DNA of 64,000 nucleotides from Candidatus Hodarchaeota archaeon (lineage in GTDB: Archaea > Asgardarchaeota > Lokiarchaeia > Sigyniarchaeales > SOKP01): positions 167,532 to 231,531 of the forward strand of contig JBHLKM010000002.1 of assembly GCA_048886685.1 (NCBI GenBank), given 5' to 3'. Under the pieces are notes generated by a model, which saw nothing but the letters and a program-made list of their open reading frames with translations, did not search any database and was not told the DNA's origin. This document shows, piece by piece, positions 30,734 through 41,243 of this stretch; the first letter of the stretch is position 1; every line of letters begins with the position of its first letter. A program made the translations under genes and the position numbers.

Positions 30734-30979
30734 AGAAATAAAAGTCATAAAAGTGTTTTACACCGTATTGCACCTTCATATGAAGTTGATGTAGTGGATA
30801 CAACAGAAACTGGTGATGCTTTTGTCGTGGGATTAATTTTTGGATTGTTGACGAATATGCCTTTAGAGAAAAGCCCTAATTTCACTAATACTGTTTCAGC
30901 TGTAAAAATAACAAGAAAATGAGCTATGAATATGCCCACAAGAAAAGAACTAGAAAATTTTATGAAAAAACATAAATGA
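30734..30979 (+). pseudogene. remnant C-terminus of a PfkB/ribokinase-family sugar kinase
   Basis: PSYEVDVVDTTETGDAF (degenerate DTTGAGDAF) ... SAVKITRK*AMNMPTRKEL; no start, in-frame TGA at 30920. Confidence 0.75.
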
Positions 30980-31044
30980 GCTAGAAAATTTAGGAATAAT
31001 ACTACATAAAAAATGAATATAAAACCACTTAACATGGTTTAAAA

Positions 31045-33123
31045 ATGTCAGAAAATTCTAAAAAAAGGATAAATTGGGATAAGTTAAAAGGTCTAAATAA
31101 TAATCAAATTGAGAAAATTGCTAAAGAGATTCTTTCTATAATGACTTTGGAGGAAAAACTCTATCAGATGTCAGGCGATTGGACTTTAGCTGAAGGTGGG
31201 CCAAAAATGCAAAAGAGATACAATGCTGAACCTATCCCTGCAGGAGAAGATAAAAAACTCGGAATCCCTGGAGTTCTCTTCTCAGATGGGCCAAGAGGAG
31301 TTGTGATAGGAAATTCAACTTGTTTTCCTGTGTCTATGGCGAGAGGAGCATCATGGGATTTAGATTTAGAGGAAAAAATAGGTGAAATAATAGGGATTGA
31401 AGCAAAAGCCCATGGAGCCAATTTTTTTGGTGGTGTATGTATTAACTTATTGAGACATCCCGCTTGGGGAAGAGCCCAAGAAACATATGGGGAAGATACA
31501 TATCACCTTGGAGCATTTGGTGTCGCAATCTTAAAGGGTGTTCAAAAACATATTATGGCATGTGCCAAACATTATGCATGCAATAGTATAGAAAATACAA
31601 GATTTGATTTAGATGTATTAATAGATGAAAGGACCTTGAGGGAAGTTTACCTTCCACATTTTAAAAAATGTGTTGATGCTGGTGTAGCTTCCATCATGAG
31701 TGCTTATAATAAAGTGAATGGGAAGTATTGTGGTCACAATTCCCATCTTTTAGGAGATATATTAAAAAAAGATTGGAATTTTGAAGGATTTGTTATTACT
31801 GATTTTGGTTGGGGTATTCGAAATGGGGCACTTGCTTTAAATGCTGGTGTGGATATTGAGATGCCTTTCGAATGGCGTATGGCTCCAAATAAAATGATTG
31901 GTTACTTGAATGAAGGAAGATTTACTGAAGATTTAATTGATAAGGGTGTCTTGAGAATATTAAGGCAAAAACTCAAATTTGCACATAAAGGGGATTCTAT
32001 GTTTTATAGTAAGGAAAAAATTGCTTGTAAAGAACATGCCGAATTAGCCTTGAAGGCTGCGAGAAAGAGCATTGTCCTTTTAAAAAACAAAAATTCAATA
32101 TTACCACTTAATAGAGACAAAATAAAACAAATTGTGATTTTTGGGGAGTTAGCAAACACCCCCAATGTTGGAGATTATGGAAGTAGCCGTGTTTATCCCC
32201 CTTATGTAATAACTCCACTTGAAGGCATAAGAGATGTGAGGGGAAATGGCATAAATGTAGTATTCAATGAAGGAAAAGATCTTGAGATGGCTAAAAAATT
32301 AGCTACTAACTCCGAAGTCTCTATTATTGTTGCAGGGTATACGCATCTAGATGAAGGAGAGAGATCAGGTACTAAAGAACGTACGGGAGATCGAGCATCT
32401 TTAAGATTACATGAAAAAGATGAAAAATTGATATTGGAATTAGCTTCTGTAAACGAGAATTGTATCGTAGTATTAGAGGGAGGTGGACCAATAATCGTTG
32501 AACCTTGGAAGAATAAAGTTTCCGCAATCTTGATGGCCTGGTATCCTGGAATGGAAGGTGGAACGGCACTTGCAGAAATATTATTTGGTGATATTAATCC
32601 CAGTGCTAAAGTTCCTGCAGTATTCCCAAAATCAGAAGATCAACTTCCCTTCTTTGATGCTACTGTCACTCAAATTGAATATGGATATTATCATGGATAT
32701 AAATTGATGGATAAAGAAGGATACGAACCTACTTTCCCTTTTGGATATGGTTTAAGTTATACAACGTTTTCATATGATAATCTTAGAATTGATAAAAACA
32801 TAATAAATTCTGATGGTGAAATTCAAGTGAGCGTTGATGTTACTAATACTGGTAATGTGGTTGGTGAGGAAATTGTACAAATGTATGTTGGATATAAAAA
32901 TCCATCTTTAGATCGACCTATTAAGGATCTTAAGGGTTTTACTAAAGTTTTACTTAATCCAGGTGAAATGAAAACTATTAATTTGAACTTAAAAGCGAAG
33001 GATCTGGCATACTATGATGTTGATAAGAAGGAATGGATCATAGAACAAATTGAATATACTATATATGTTGGGTCATCATCGCGTAAAGAAGATCTATTGA
33101 CAACAACCTTTACCATTTCCTAA
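31045..33123 (+). CDS. GH3 beta-glucosidase
   Basis: SDGPRG, RHPAWGRAQETYGED, CAKHY, FVITDF nucleophile, FPFGYGLSYT, FN3-like C-terminus. Confidence 0.92.
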   Translation: MSENSKKRINWDKLKGLNNNQIEKIAKEILSIMTLEEKLYQMSGDWTLAEGGPKMQKRYNAEPIPAGEDKKLGIPGVLFSDGPRGVVIGNSTCFPVSMARGASWDLDLEEKIGEIIGIEAKAHGANFFGGVCINLLRHPAWGRAQETYGEDTYHLGAFGVAILKGVQKHIMACAKHYACNSIENTRFDLDVLIDERTLREVYLPHFKKCVDAGVASIMSAYNKVNGKYCGHNSHLLGDILKKDWNFEGFVITDFGWGIRNGALALNAGVDIEMPFEWRMAPNKMIGYLNEGRFTEDLIDKGVLRILRQKLKFAHKGDSMFYSKEKIACKEHAELALKAARKSIVLLKNKNSILPLNRDKIKQIVIFGELANTPNVGDYGSSRVYPPYVITPLEGIRDVRGNGINVVFNEGKDLEMAKKLATNSEVSIIVAGYTHLDEGERSGTKERTGDRASLRLHEKDEKLILELASVNENCIVVLEGGGPIIVEPWKNKVSAILMAWYPGMEGGTALAEILFGDINPSAKVPAVFPKSEDQLPFFDATVTQIEYGYYHGYKLMDKEGYEPTFPFGYGLSYTTFSYDNLRIDKNIINSDGEIQVSVDVTNTGNVVGEEIVQMYVGYKNPSLDRPIKDLKGFTKVLLNPGEMKTINLNLKAKDLAYYDVDKKEWIIEQIEYTIYVGSSSRKEDLLTTTFTIS

Positions 33124-33167
33124 TTATTAATTTTTCCAACTAAAAAACTTGAACTTAAAAATGTTGT

Positions 33168-33938
33168 TTGGTGCCTATGACTTATTCTGATAATGATTGG
33201 AAAGATATCATTCCTCATGTCCCTCCTGGATACGATAAGAATCAACATAATGTTGTATTTGATCAGCATTCACATACGATACACAGCGATGGCGTACTTA
33301 CGATTAAACAAAATGTTGAATGGCATATTGCTATGGGTTATAATGCATTAGCTATAACAGATCATAATAATATGCATCATTTAAAAGAAATTGATAAAGT
33401 TAGAGAAGAATATTATGAAAGAGGTATCATAATTTTGAGTGGGATTGAAATAACTACCAATAGAATTCATTTAAATCTACTAGGTGTCTCAAATTGGACA
33501 AACAAGATCTCCTATAGAACATCAGATAAACTTATTATTGAAGCGATAAATAAAGCTCATGATGAAGAGGCTATTGTTGTATGTGATCATATTCCATGGA
33601 GTTTATATGAATTTAAAATGAAACACCATCCCTCTCGTGAGACTTTGTTAGAATGGGGGATAGATTACATTGAAATTATAAATGATGATTCTAAGCCTGA
33701 AAATGTGTATGATTATGAGTCATATGATTTTTGTATTAAACATAATAATAAAATAGGAATGATCACAGGAACAGATATGCATAGGCCAGATGGTTTAGTA
33801 AGTGGAGGAGTACATGGATGGACTCTTTTGAATATCAATGAGTTTACCGAAGAAGGTTTATTGGAAGAATTACGAAAGAAGCAAACCAATGTTATATACT
33901 CTAAAACTCCTTATTTGGATCCTGGGATTCATAAGTAA
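33168..33938 (+). CDS. PHP-domain metal-dependent phosphoesterase
   Basis: DQHSHTIHSDG, AITDHN, GIEIT, GTDMH. Confidence 0.85.
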   Translation: MVPMTYSDNDWKDIIPHVPPGYDKNQHNVVFDQHSHTIHSDGVLTIKQNVEWHIAMGYNALAITDHNNMHHLKEIDKVREEYYERGIIILSGIEITTNRIHLNLLGVSNWTNKISYRTSDKLIIEAINKAHDEEAIVVCDHIPWSLYEFKMKHHPSRETLLEWGIDYIEIINDDSKPENVYDYESYDFCIKHNNKIGMITGTDMHRPDGLVSGGVHGWTLLNINEFTEEGLLEELRKKQTNVIYSKTPYLDPGIHK

Positions 33939-33946
33939 AAAATAAA

Positions 33947-35812
33947 TTAAAATTTATAATGTTGATTTTGAATATTTTCATAGATATCCTTTGTCAAAGG
34001 AGTAAATTCTGACTCATCTGGCAAAACAATATATATTGGATCATCAATTTTCTCAAGATCAAAGCCCTCCTTTTTCAATTTTACTTTTTTAAGTTTAAAA
34101 GTCGCCGTAATTGTCAATTCCGATTTTAACCTAAGAAAAATCGGAATCCCATAAAGAGGTAGATTTAGTTTTAAAACATCAGCCAGTTCCTTTAATTTAA
34201 AATCCTCAACTGAAGTATTGGGCACGATTGCGGCCATTCCTGCTCTTCCATCAGTACCGGGTATCTGAACACCATAGACAGTAGAAAATAAAACTTGATC
34301 AAATGTATTAATTATTTTCTCTACTTCAGTGGTAGATATATTATGTCCCTTCCAACGAAATGTATCTCCAAGGCGATCTACAAATTGAGCATGATTATTT
34401 CCAATATCTCTCATTAAATCTCCTGTATTGAACCATTTATCTCCCTTTTTAAAAACATTATGAAATATTTTTGATTCAGTTGCCTTCTTATCCGTATATC
34501 CCCTAAATACAGCTGTACCTGCAATCTCAAATAAAAGTAACCCAGATTCACCAGTTTTAACCCGTTTCATATATCCTTTCTCGTTTCTGACAGGTTTTTC
34601 TTCTTCATACTCGTATTTAACAATTGCATATGAAGTAAGACAATATCCTACAGTACAATCGAAATTTAAGAAATTGGCAAAAGCACCTACGGCTTCGGTT
34701 GCTGAGTAATATTCTCCGATTTTAGGGATATTGAATCGTTTTTTAAAATCCTTCCAAATTTCTGGGCGAAGCCCTGCCCCAATAACTGCTTTTACAGGAT
34801 TATCTGAATCTTCAGGTTTGGGAGGTTGATTCATTAGGTATCGACACACTTCTCCAATATAATTGAAAGCTGTGGCATTATATTTGCGAATATCATCCCA
34901 GAAACGGGTAACACTGAATTTGCGCCCTATAGATAGAGCAGCACCCCCACCAAAAGTTGTTGCACATCCTGCCCCTAGAGAATTAGAATGAAAGAGTGGA
35001 AGTGAAACATACATCGTATCATCAGGTGTTAATTCCAATATTACACCCCCAAATAAATAATAACAAGACACCATAGTAGAATGAGCAAAAATTGTAGCTT
35101 TAGGGAATCCTGTTGTTCCCGAGGTAAATATATAGGTAATAGGATCATTAGTTTTCACGTTTATTGTTGTTAAGGGATTTTCTACAGGAAAATTTTTGAC
35201 TTCTTGGGAAAGCTCAATAAAACCTTTGGGAATAGACATTAAGCTTTGGTCAACCAAAAAATATATCTTTTGAACATGTGAAAGATCAAGCTCTGATTTC
35301 ACTTTGATAAAAGTTTCATAACACTTTTCACCAACTATAATAAATTTTCCAGGAGTAAGCTTTAAACAATGAACTAAGGATAATTCCCGTAGATCAATAT
35401 TGATTAAGGATGTTATTGCTCCAATTTTGCCAATAGCAGTAATAATTATTAAATACTCTGGTCGATTGGTCATCATCAATTCCACGACATCTCCTTTTTT
35501 CAAACCCATTGAGATAAAATAATGGGCATAGCGGTTAACCCATTCATTAAACTCTTTATAAGTTAATGTGATATCCTCAAATTTTATAGCAATATTATCA
35601 GCATATATTTCTGCATTAGTTTCGACAAGTGTTCCCCATGAGATTTTATTTTCAGCGATTTTCACTGCAACTTCTTGAAATTTCTTTCCATATTTTCTGA
35701 AAAATACTGCACTTCTCTTTCTAAACTCATCATTAGGTATTAGATCTGGTTCGTTCAACTCTGGTTTTTCTAGCATATTAACCATATCTTTCTTTTTGAT
35801 TTTTTTTTGCAA
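33947..35812 (-). CDS. long-chain acyl-CoA synthetase, FATP/FACL family
   Basis: YIFTSGTTGFPKA, YIGEVCRYL, WFNTGDL, FVDRLGDTFRWKG; true start may be a few codons downstream. Confidence 0.9.
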   Translation of the reverse strand: MQKKIKKKDMVNMLEKPELNEPDLIPNDEFRKRSAVFFRKYGKKFQEVAVKIAENKISWGTLVETNAEIYADNIAIKFEDITLTYKEFNEWVNRYAHYFISMGLKKGDVVELMMTNRPEYLIIITAIGKIGAITSLINIDLRELSLVHCLKLTPGKFIIVGEKCYETFIKVKSELDLSHVQKIYFLVDQSLMSIPKGFIELSQEVKNFPVENPLTTINVKTNDPITYIFTSGTTGFPKATIFAHSTMVSCYYLFGGVILELTPDDTMYVSLPLFHSNSLGAGCATTFGGGAALSIGRKFSVTRFWDDIRKYNATAFNYIGEVCRYLMNQPPKPEDSDNPVKAVIGAGLRPEIWKDFKKRFNIPKIGEYYSATEAVGAFANFLNFDCTVGYCLTSYAIVKYEYEEEKPVRNEKGYMKRVKTGESGLLLFEIAGTAVFRGYTDKKATESKIFHNVFKKGDKWFNTGDLMRDIGNNHAQFVDRLGDTFRWKGHNISTTEVEKIINTFDQVLFSTVYGVQIPGTDGRAGMAAIVPNTSVEDFKLKELADVLKLNLPLYGIPIFLRLKSELTITATFKLKKVKLKKEGFDLEKIDDPIYIVLPDESEFTPLTKDIYENIQNQHYKF

Positions 35813-36109
35813 TTAGAATCATTTTTTATCAAAAGAAATTCTGCGGAGTTTGGTTTTCAATAGTACTAATATAAGAACTAGATCTATTTATATATTTTGA
35901 GCTTTTAATATCATACTATTTAAAATACCTATTTTAGATGGTTTTACTATCAAAAGAACTAAAAATTAATAACTAATAAAAAATCTCTTATAAATTCCTT
36001 TAACGAATTAAGAATTCAGACTGTTTCTGCTTAAAATATAACGTGAACATTTAATTATTACATTTATGTTAGAAGGATTAAATAAATTGAAATTTAAAAG
36101 AAAGATGAT

Positions 36110-36655
36110 GTGAACATGAGTCTTGTATGTACCAATTGTGGAAGAAAAATAGAGACCGTACCTTTACAATGTGGACAAAGCATTACAATTAATAATGAGA
36201 CTAACAAATGGGAATGTGATATGGGAAGATGCGGAATAATTTCGTTTGATAAATTTCTTTGTGAGAATTGTTGTATCAATAGTAGTATAATGGAAGTCTT
36301 TTACGGATTTGAGCGCCTATCGGAAGAAAATTTAGAATTTCGTGAAGAATTGGATGCTTTAAAATTAAATGTTGTGCAAACAACATTAGGTGATCCAGAT
36401 TTTAAGTATTGGGTTAAATTTGGCAATGGTGAGTTTAAATGTGGCAAAGGAGAAATAGAGGGTGCAACAATCAATGTCAATTGTTCTAATAAAGTTATGA
36501 GCGATATTCTAGCAGGAAATAAATTTGTGTTTCGCGAATTTTTAGAGGGTAATCTCAAAATTGAAGGAGATCTTCAATATGCTGTTGTGTATTTTGATTT
36601 ACTGGGACTAGCTGCAGAAATTAATAATGAAGAGGTGGTATTATACAATGAATAA
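36110..36655 (+). CDS. SCP2 sterol/lipid-binding domain protein with Cys-rich N-terminus
   Basis: CTNC...CENCC N-terminus; FLEGNLKIEGDLQYA SCP2 signature. Confidence 0.75.
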   Translation: MNMSLVCTNCGRKIETVPLQCGQSITINNETNKWECDMGRCGIISFDKFLCENCCINSSIMEVFYGFERLSEENLEFREELDALKLNVVQTTLGDPDFKYWVKFGNGEFKCGKGEIEGATINVNCSNKVMSDILAGNKFVFREFLEGNLKIEGDLQYAVVYFDLLGLAAEINNEEVVLYNE

Positions 36656-37400
36656 AACATTTATTTGGGGTCATAGGGGGGCTGGTTTCAATGGAGTGCA
36701 AAACAGTCTAACTTCATTCAAAAGAGCCATTGAGATGGGTGTTGATGGCTTCAAGACAGAAACACAATTATCCAAAGACCGCGAAATCTTTTTAACATTC
36801 CAACAAAAGTTGAAAATAAATGGCGAGGAAATACCTATCTATGAATTAAATAGTAATGAAATTAAAACGTTCAAATTAGATAATAATGAGCCAATCCTGA
36901 CACTTCCTGAATTGTTTAATGAATTTAAAAATTATAATCTCCGATATAATTTCGATATAAGAGCTCCCGATGTAGGAATAAGAGTGATAGAGATTGCTAA
37001 AGAGTTTAATTTACTCGATAAAATTGAGATCGCTAAAACATCAATCGATCCTTTTCCCTTGCCTGATATATTTTCTAAAATTAGAAATTTCGATAAAAAT
37101 GTAATGCTGATTAATACAATATTTCTAAAACATTCAGATATCAGAGAAGAGCATTTAGAATTAGAAAACATGAGAGAATTAAATATTCAAGGGGTTAATG
37201 TGAACTTCAACGTAGCAACCTTCGAACTATTCAAAATGGTTAAAGATCTTGGTTTTAAATTTTGTGTGTGGGGCTTACTCTTTAACAGATCCATTCAAAA
37301 ATTCTTAAGCATGAATTATAAAGGGCAATACATAGATGCAATGATGTCAAATTTTCCTGATAGACTCGTAAAACTAAGAAAAGAAATTCAAAATAACTAA
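36648..37400 (+). CDS. glycerophosphodiester phosphodiesterase
   Basis: WGHRGAG, QNSLTSFKRAIEMGVDG, SNFPD; ATG at 36648 follows GAGGTGG and overlaps the upstream stop. Confidence 0.85.
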   Translation: MNKTFIWGHRGAGFNGVQNSLTSFKRAIEMGVDGFKTETQLSKDREIFLTFQQKLKINGEEIPIYELNSNEIKTFKLDNNEPILTLPELFNEFKNYNLRYNFDIRAPDVGIRVIEIAKEFNLLDKIEIAKTSIDPFPLPDIFSKIRNFDKNVMLINTIFLKHSDIREEHLELENMRELNIQGVNVNFNVATFELFKMVKDLGFKFCVWGLLFNRSIQKFLSMNYKGQYIDAMMSNFPDRLVKLRKEIQNN

Positions 37401-37413
37401 AAAAATATTTTTT

Positions 37414-37917
37414 TTATAGAAATTTCTCCATAAACACTTCATTTTCATACACACCATTAATTAACACCTGATGCTCTAGTTCTCCTTTAAGAATAAAGCC
37501 TAAATTCTGATAAAATTTTATTGCCCGTTCATTTCCTTTTCGCACATAAATAACAATTTTATAATACCCATTAGCTTTGGCAATCTCAAATGTATGATTA
37601 GCTAAAATATAACTAATCCCTTTTCCTCTCCATTCTGGAAAAATAAAAGTCCCTATTGTACATACATGTTTGAAAGAATCAATGGCTTTAGACCAAAGAT
37701 CCAAACTCAGAAACCCAATGATCTTGTCATTAATTTCTGCTATAAAAATTCCTTCTCTTTCTGATAAAGAGGAGATATATTCACGTTCTTGTTGGGGAGT
37801 AAAGGGTGTGCTTACTGCTGAGTAAATTCTCTCGGCACATACAACCTCCCATATTTGGGATATACCTTCTGCATCATCCTGTGTGGCTTTCCGGATTTTT
37901 ACATCCAATAATTCCAC
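37414..37917 (-). CDS. GNAT acetyltransferase
   Basis: IRKAT, WRGKGI, NERAIKFYQNLGF. Confidence 0.85.
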   Translation of the reverse strand: MELLDVKIRKATQDDAEGISQIWEVVCAERIYSAVSTPFTPQQEREYISSLSEREGIFIAEINDKIIGFLSLDLWSKAIDSFKHVCTIGTFIFPEWRGKGISYILANHTFEIAKANGYYKIVIYVRKGNERAIKFYQNLGFILKGELEHQVLINGVYENEVFMEKFL

Positions 37918-38010
37918 CTATATTTTTGAGATTAGATTACTAAAAATAAGACCTAATGGAAATCAATAATTGAAATTATATAAAAATAAAAAGAAATTTC
38001 AAAAAAAAAT

Positions 38011-40023
38011 TTAATCTTCATCCCAGTCGACATCAACGACTTTCTTTTTCTTTTCTTCTTCTTCTTTGTCAGATTTATAGGTAGCTCCGCCAGCACCTGT
38101 TTCACCTGCTCCTCCTGGAGGAGTTCCCCCCATTCCACCTGTAGGTGCCCCCCCCATACCACTAGCTGCTCGTTGGGCCTGTTCAGCCGCTTGTTGATAA
38201 ACTTGGTCTTGTTCTTGTGTTTGATATATTCTTTTTGAAAAGGAGTACATGGATTTTTGGAGATTTTCAATACCCATTTTAATTCGATTGGTATCATCAG
38301 ACTTGATATCCTCTTCTAATGATGCTATGGCCGCTTCAATTTCACTCTTCTCGTTTTCTTGAATCTTATCTTTATTATCTTCCATTAACTTTCTTGTTTG
38401 ATAAATCATGGAGTCAGCTGTGTTTTTTGCTTCTACTAGTTCTCTTACTTTCTTATCTTCTTCTTCAAATTGTGAAGCAGTTCTAACCTTTTCTTCAATC
38501 TCTTCAGGAGTTAAACCTTGGGCGCCAGTGACCGTTATACCTGTTTCTTTTCCTGTACCAAGATCTTTAGCAGTAACATGAACAATTCCATCAGCGTCAA
38601 TAGAAAACTTAACCTCTATTTGTGGTATACCTCTTGGAGCAGGAGGAATACCTGTCAGATGAAACATACCTAAAGAGATATTATCTTTTGCCATAGCTCG
38701 TTCTCCTTGGAGTACATTTATAGTCACTGCTGGTTGATTGTCTGCTGCCGTACTGAAAACCTGGCTTTTCTCTGTTGGGATTGTAGTATTCCTTTCTATT
38801 AGTTTTGTAAAAACCGCACCAAGAGTTTCAACTCCTAATGAAAGTGGAGTAACATCCAATAAGAGAAGGTCTTCTACATCCCCTGCAATAATTCCCCCTT
38901 GTATAGAAGCACCTATTGCGACACATTCCATAGGATCAACTGAATGTTCTGGCTCTCTTCCAAAGTACTTCTTAAATCTGTCTTGAACTGAAGGCATTCG
39001 AGTAGGTCCCCCTACTAGAATAATCTTATCTACTTCATTTACTGATAATTTTGCATCAGAAACGGCTCTTCTCATGATTGGATCCAACCTTCTAAGGGTA
39101 GGTTCAATTAGTGATTCTAATTTTGCTCTAGTGAGTTCCATCGTTAAATGTACAGGATTGCCTTCTTTTTGCGAAATATATGGTAAATTTATAGAAGTTG
39201 ATAAAGTTGTAGACAATTCTATTTTTGCCTTTTCAGCAGCATCTTTAATTCGTATCCAAGCTTTGCTATCACCTTTTAAATCAATCCCTTCTTTCTTCTG
39301 AAACTCTTCAGTTACCCAATCGATAATCGCGTTATCCATATCAGTACCACCCAATTGTGTATCGCCTGCGGTTGACATAACCTCAACAACACCCTCACCA
39401 TATTCCATAAGTGTTATATCAAAAGTCCCACCACCCAAATCGAGTACACAGATTTTCATTAGTTTATTTTTTGTATCTTTGTCTAAACCATAAGCCAAAC
39501 ATGCTGCTGTTGGTTCATTAATCATCCGGACAACTTCTAATCCTGCAATTTCACCAGCATTTTTAGTAGCAGTTCGTTGTGCGTCATTAAAATAAGCGGG
39601 AACAGTAATGACTGCCTTTTTAACTTCTTCTCCCAAATATGCTGATGCATCAGTTTTAATTTTTTTGAGAATCATTGCTGAAATTTCTTCAGGTGAGAAT
39701 TCTTGAGTCTTATCACCTACCTTTAATTTTGCTTTATAGGAAGTGCCCATCTTTCTCTTAATAGCTGTTACAGTTCCCTCGGGGTTAGAAACAGCCTGTC
39801 TTCGAGCGGGTTCTCCCACTATTTTGCGTCCATTCTCATCAAATGCAACATATGAAGGAAAGGCTTTACCACCTAAAGTTCGCCCTTCAGCCGCAGGGAT
39901 TATTTCAGGTTGACCAGTAGCGCTTAAAATTGCACATGCGCTATTGCTAGTCCCGAGATCTATTCCTACAATTTTTTCTTTTCTTGTTGTCTTTTTAGGT
40001 TCTTCTTTTTTTTCTTCACTCAT
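38011..40023 (-). CDS. dnaK: chaperone DnaK (Hsp70)
   Basis: [36 protein letters not shown]. Confidence 0.97.
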   Translation of the reverse strand: MSEEKKEEPKKTTRKEKIVGIDLGTSNSACAILSATGQPEIIPAAEGRTLGGKAFPSYVAFDENGRKIVGEPARRQAVSNPEGTVTAIKRKMGTSYKAKLKVGDKTQEFSPEEISAMILKKIKTDASAYLGEEVKKAVITVPAYFNDAQRTATKNAGEIAGLEVVRMINEPTAACLAYGLDKDTKNKLMKICVLDLGGGTFDITLMEYGEGVVEVMSTAGDTQLGGTDMDNAIIDWVTEEFQKKEGIDLKGDSKAWIRIKDAAEKAKIELSTTLSTSINLPYISQKEGNPVHLTMELTRAKLESLIEPTLRRLDPIMRRAVSDAKLSVNEVDKIILVGGPTRMPSVQDRFKKYFGREPEHSVDPMECVAIGASIQGGIIAGDVEDLLLLDVTPLSLGVETLGAVFTKLIERNTTIPTEKSQVFSTAADNQPAVTINVLQGERAMAKDNISLGMFHLTGIPPAPRGIPQIEVKFSIDADGIVHVTAKDLGTGKETGITVTGAQGLTPEEIEEKVRTASQFEEEDKKVRELVEAKNTADSMIYQTRKLMEDNKDKIQENEKSEIEAAIASLEEDIKSDDTNRIKMGIENLQKSMYSFSKRIYQTQEQDQVYQQAAEQAQRAASGMGGAPTGGMGGTPPGGAGETGAGGATYKSDKEEEEKKKKVVDVDWDED

Positions 40024-40246
40024 ACTTCAAACATCTCTTATTCTTAGAATTATGAGTATTACTAAATTTCAAAGGTTTTCGAATATTTAATAATTTAATG
40101 TTTATAAATTTGCAATTCTACTATTGCTAATTAAATATTAATTAAAATTGAGTTAAAAATTTTATTTATAAAGATCTCAATATCATAAAAAATAAAAAAT
40201 AAAATCAATTTTTAATCATATATTCATATTTCATTATTTAAAGGAA

Positions 40247-41083
40247 TTGAATATGACTGAAAATAGCAACAACGATACAAAAGAAACATCATCTGAAGAA
40301 ATGAAAAATATCTCTGAAAACGAAGATATACAAAGTAATTCTGATTCAAAAAGTGAAGTAAAACCTGAAGAGGTTAAACAACTTGAAGAAAAGGAACATT
40401 ATGAATTAGATTACTTTTCTAAAGAAGAAACTCTAGAAAAGGTTAAAAATTTAGAGAAGCAACTCACAGAAATTAAGGATAAAGCTCAAAAACTACAGAA
40501 AGAAAATAATGATTCTAAAAATAAATACATGCATTTACAAGCTGAATTTGAAAACGCTCAGAAGCGTTGGAATAAGTCTCGGGAGGATTTAAGAACTCAA
40601 TATACTGCCTCAGTCTTGAAGAGTTTCTTACCATTATATGACTCGTTTAAGAAAGCTGTTAGTAGCGCAAATGAAACTGAAAAAAATGTACTTAATGGAT
40701 TTTATGGTCAATTTATGAATATTTTCAAATCTTATGGAGCCGAACCCATTGAGGTTAAAATCAATGATGCTTTTGATTATAGCCTACATGAAGCATTAAC
40801 CTCAGTTGAAAAAGAAGATTTACCAGAGAATAGTGTTGTTGAAATCATTCAAGATGGATTTAAATATGGAAAGGAAGTTATACGTTATACTAAAGTTGTC
40901 ATCTCACGAAAACCTAAACCACCACCCAAACCAGAACCTCAAGAAGAAGCGGTAGAAGAAGTAGAAGCTGAAGAATCTGATTCAGAAGACCTTGAAATAG
41001 AAGAGGAATCTAAAGAAAAAAAAATTAAAGAGAAAAAATCAAAGAAGTCTAAAAAAGATAAGGAAAACGAAAAAACAGCTTAA
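40247..41083 (+). CDS. grpE: nucleotide exchange factor GrpE
   Basis: LQAEFENAQKR, FDYSLHEAL, IIQDGFKYGKEVIR. Confidence 0.9.
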   Translation: MNMTENSNNDTKETSSEEMKNISENEDIQSNSDSKSEVKPEEVKQLEEKEHYELDYFSKEETLEKVKNLEKQLTEIKDKAQKLQKENNDSKNKYMHLQAEFENAQKRWNKSREDLRTQYTASVLKSFLPLYDSFKKAVSSANETEKNVLNGFYGQFMNIFKSYGAEPIEVKINDAFDYSLHEALTSVEKEDLPENSVVEIIQDGFKYGKEVIRYTKVVISRKPKPPPKPEPQEEAVEEVEAEESDSEDLEIEEESKEKKIKEKKSKKSKKDKENEKTA

Positions 41084-41243
41084 GCCATAATTGCCCTTAG
41101 TATTACAACTTTTTTTGAATTAAACCTAAAAGATTATTAATTTGATTTTTCTATAATACATAGATCCCAATTTAATAAATAATTGGGTGAATTTAACTAT
41201 AACAAATTTTAATAATTATAGGTGAAATAAAATAGGATTAAGA

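Noticed and set aside
30920-30922. In-frame TGA as possible selenocysteine
   Set aside because: It falls at a Gly position in a start-less fragment with other lesions; no Cys context and no SECIS-like hairpin noticed.
30745-31035. 96-aa minus-strand ORF
   Set aside because: Antisense to the pfkB remnant; no recognisable features.
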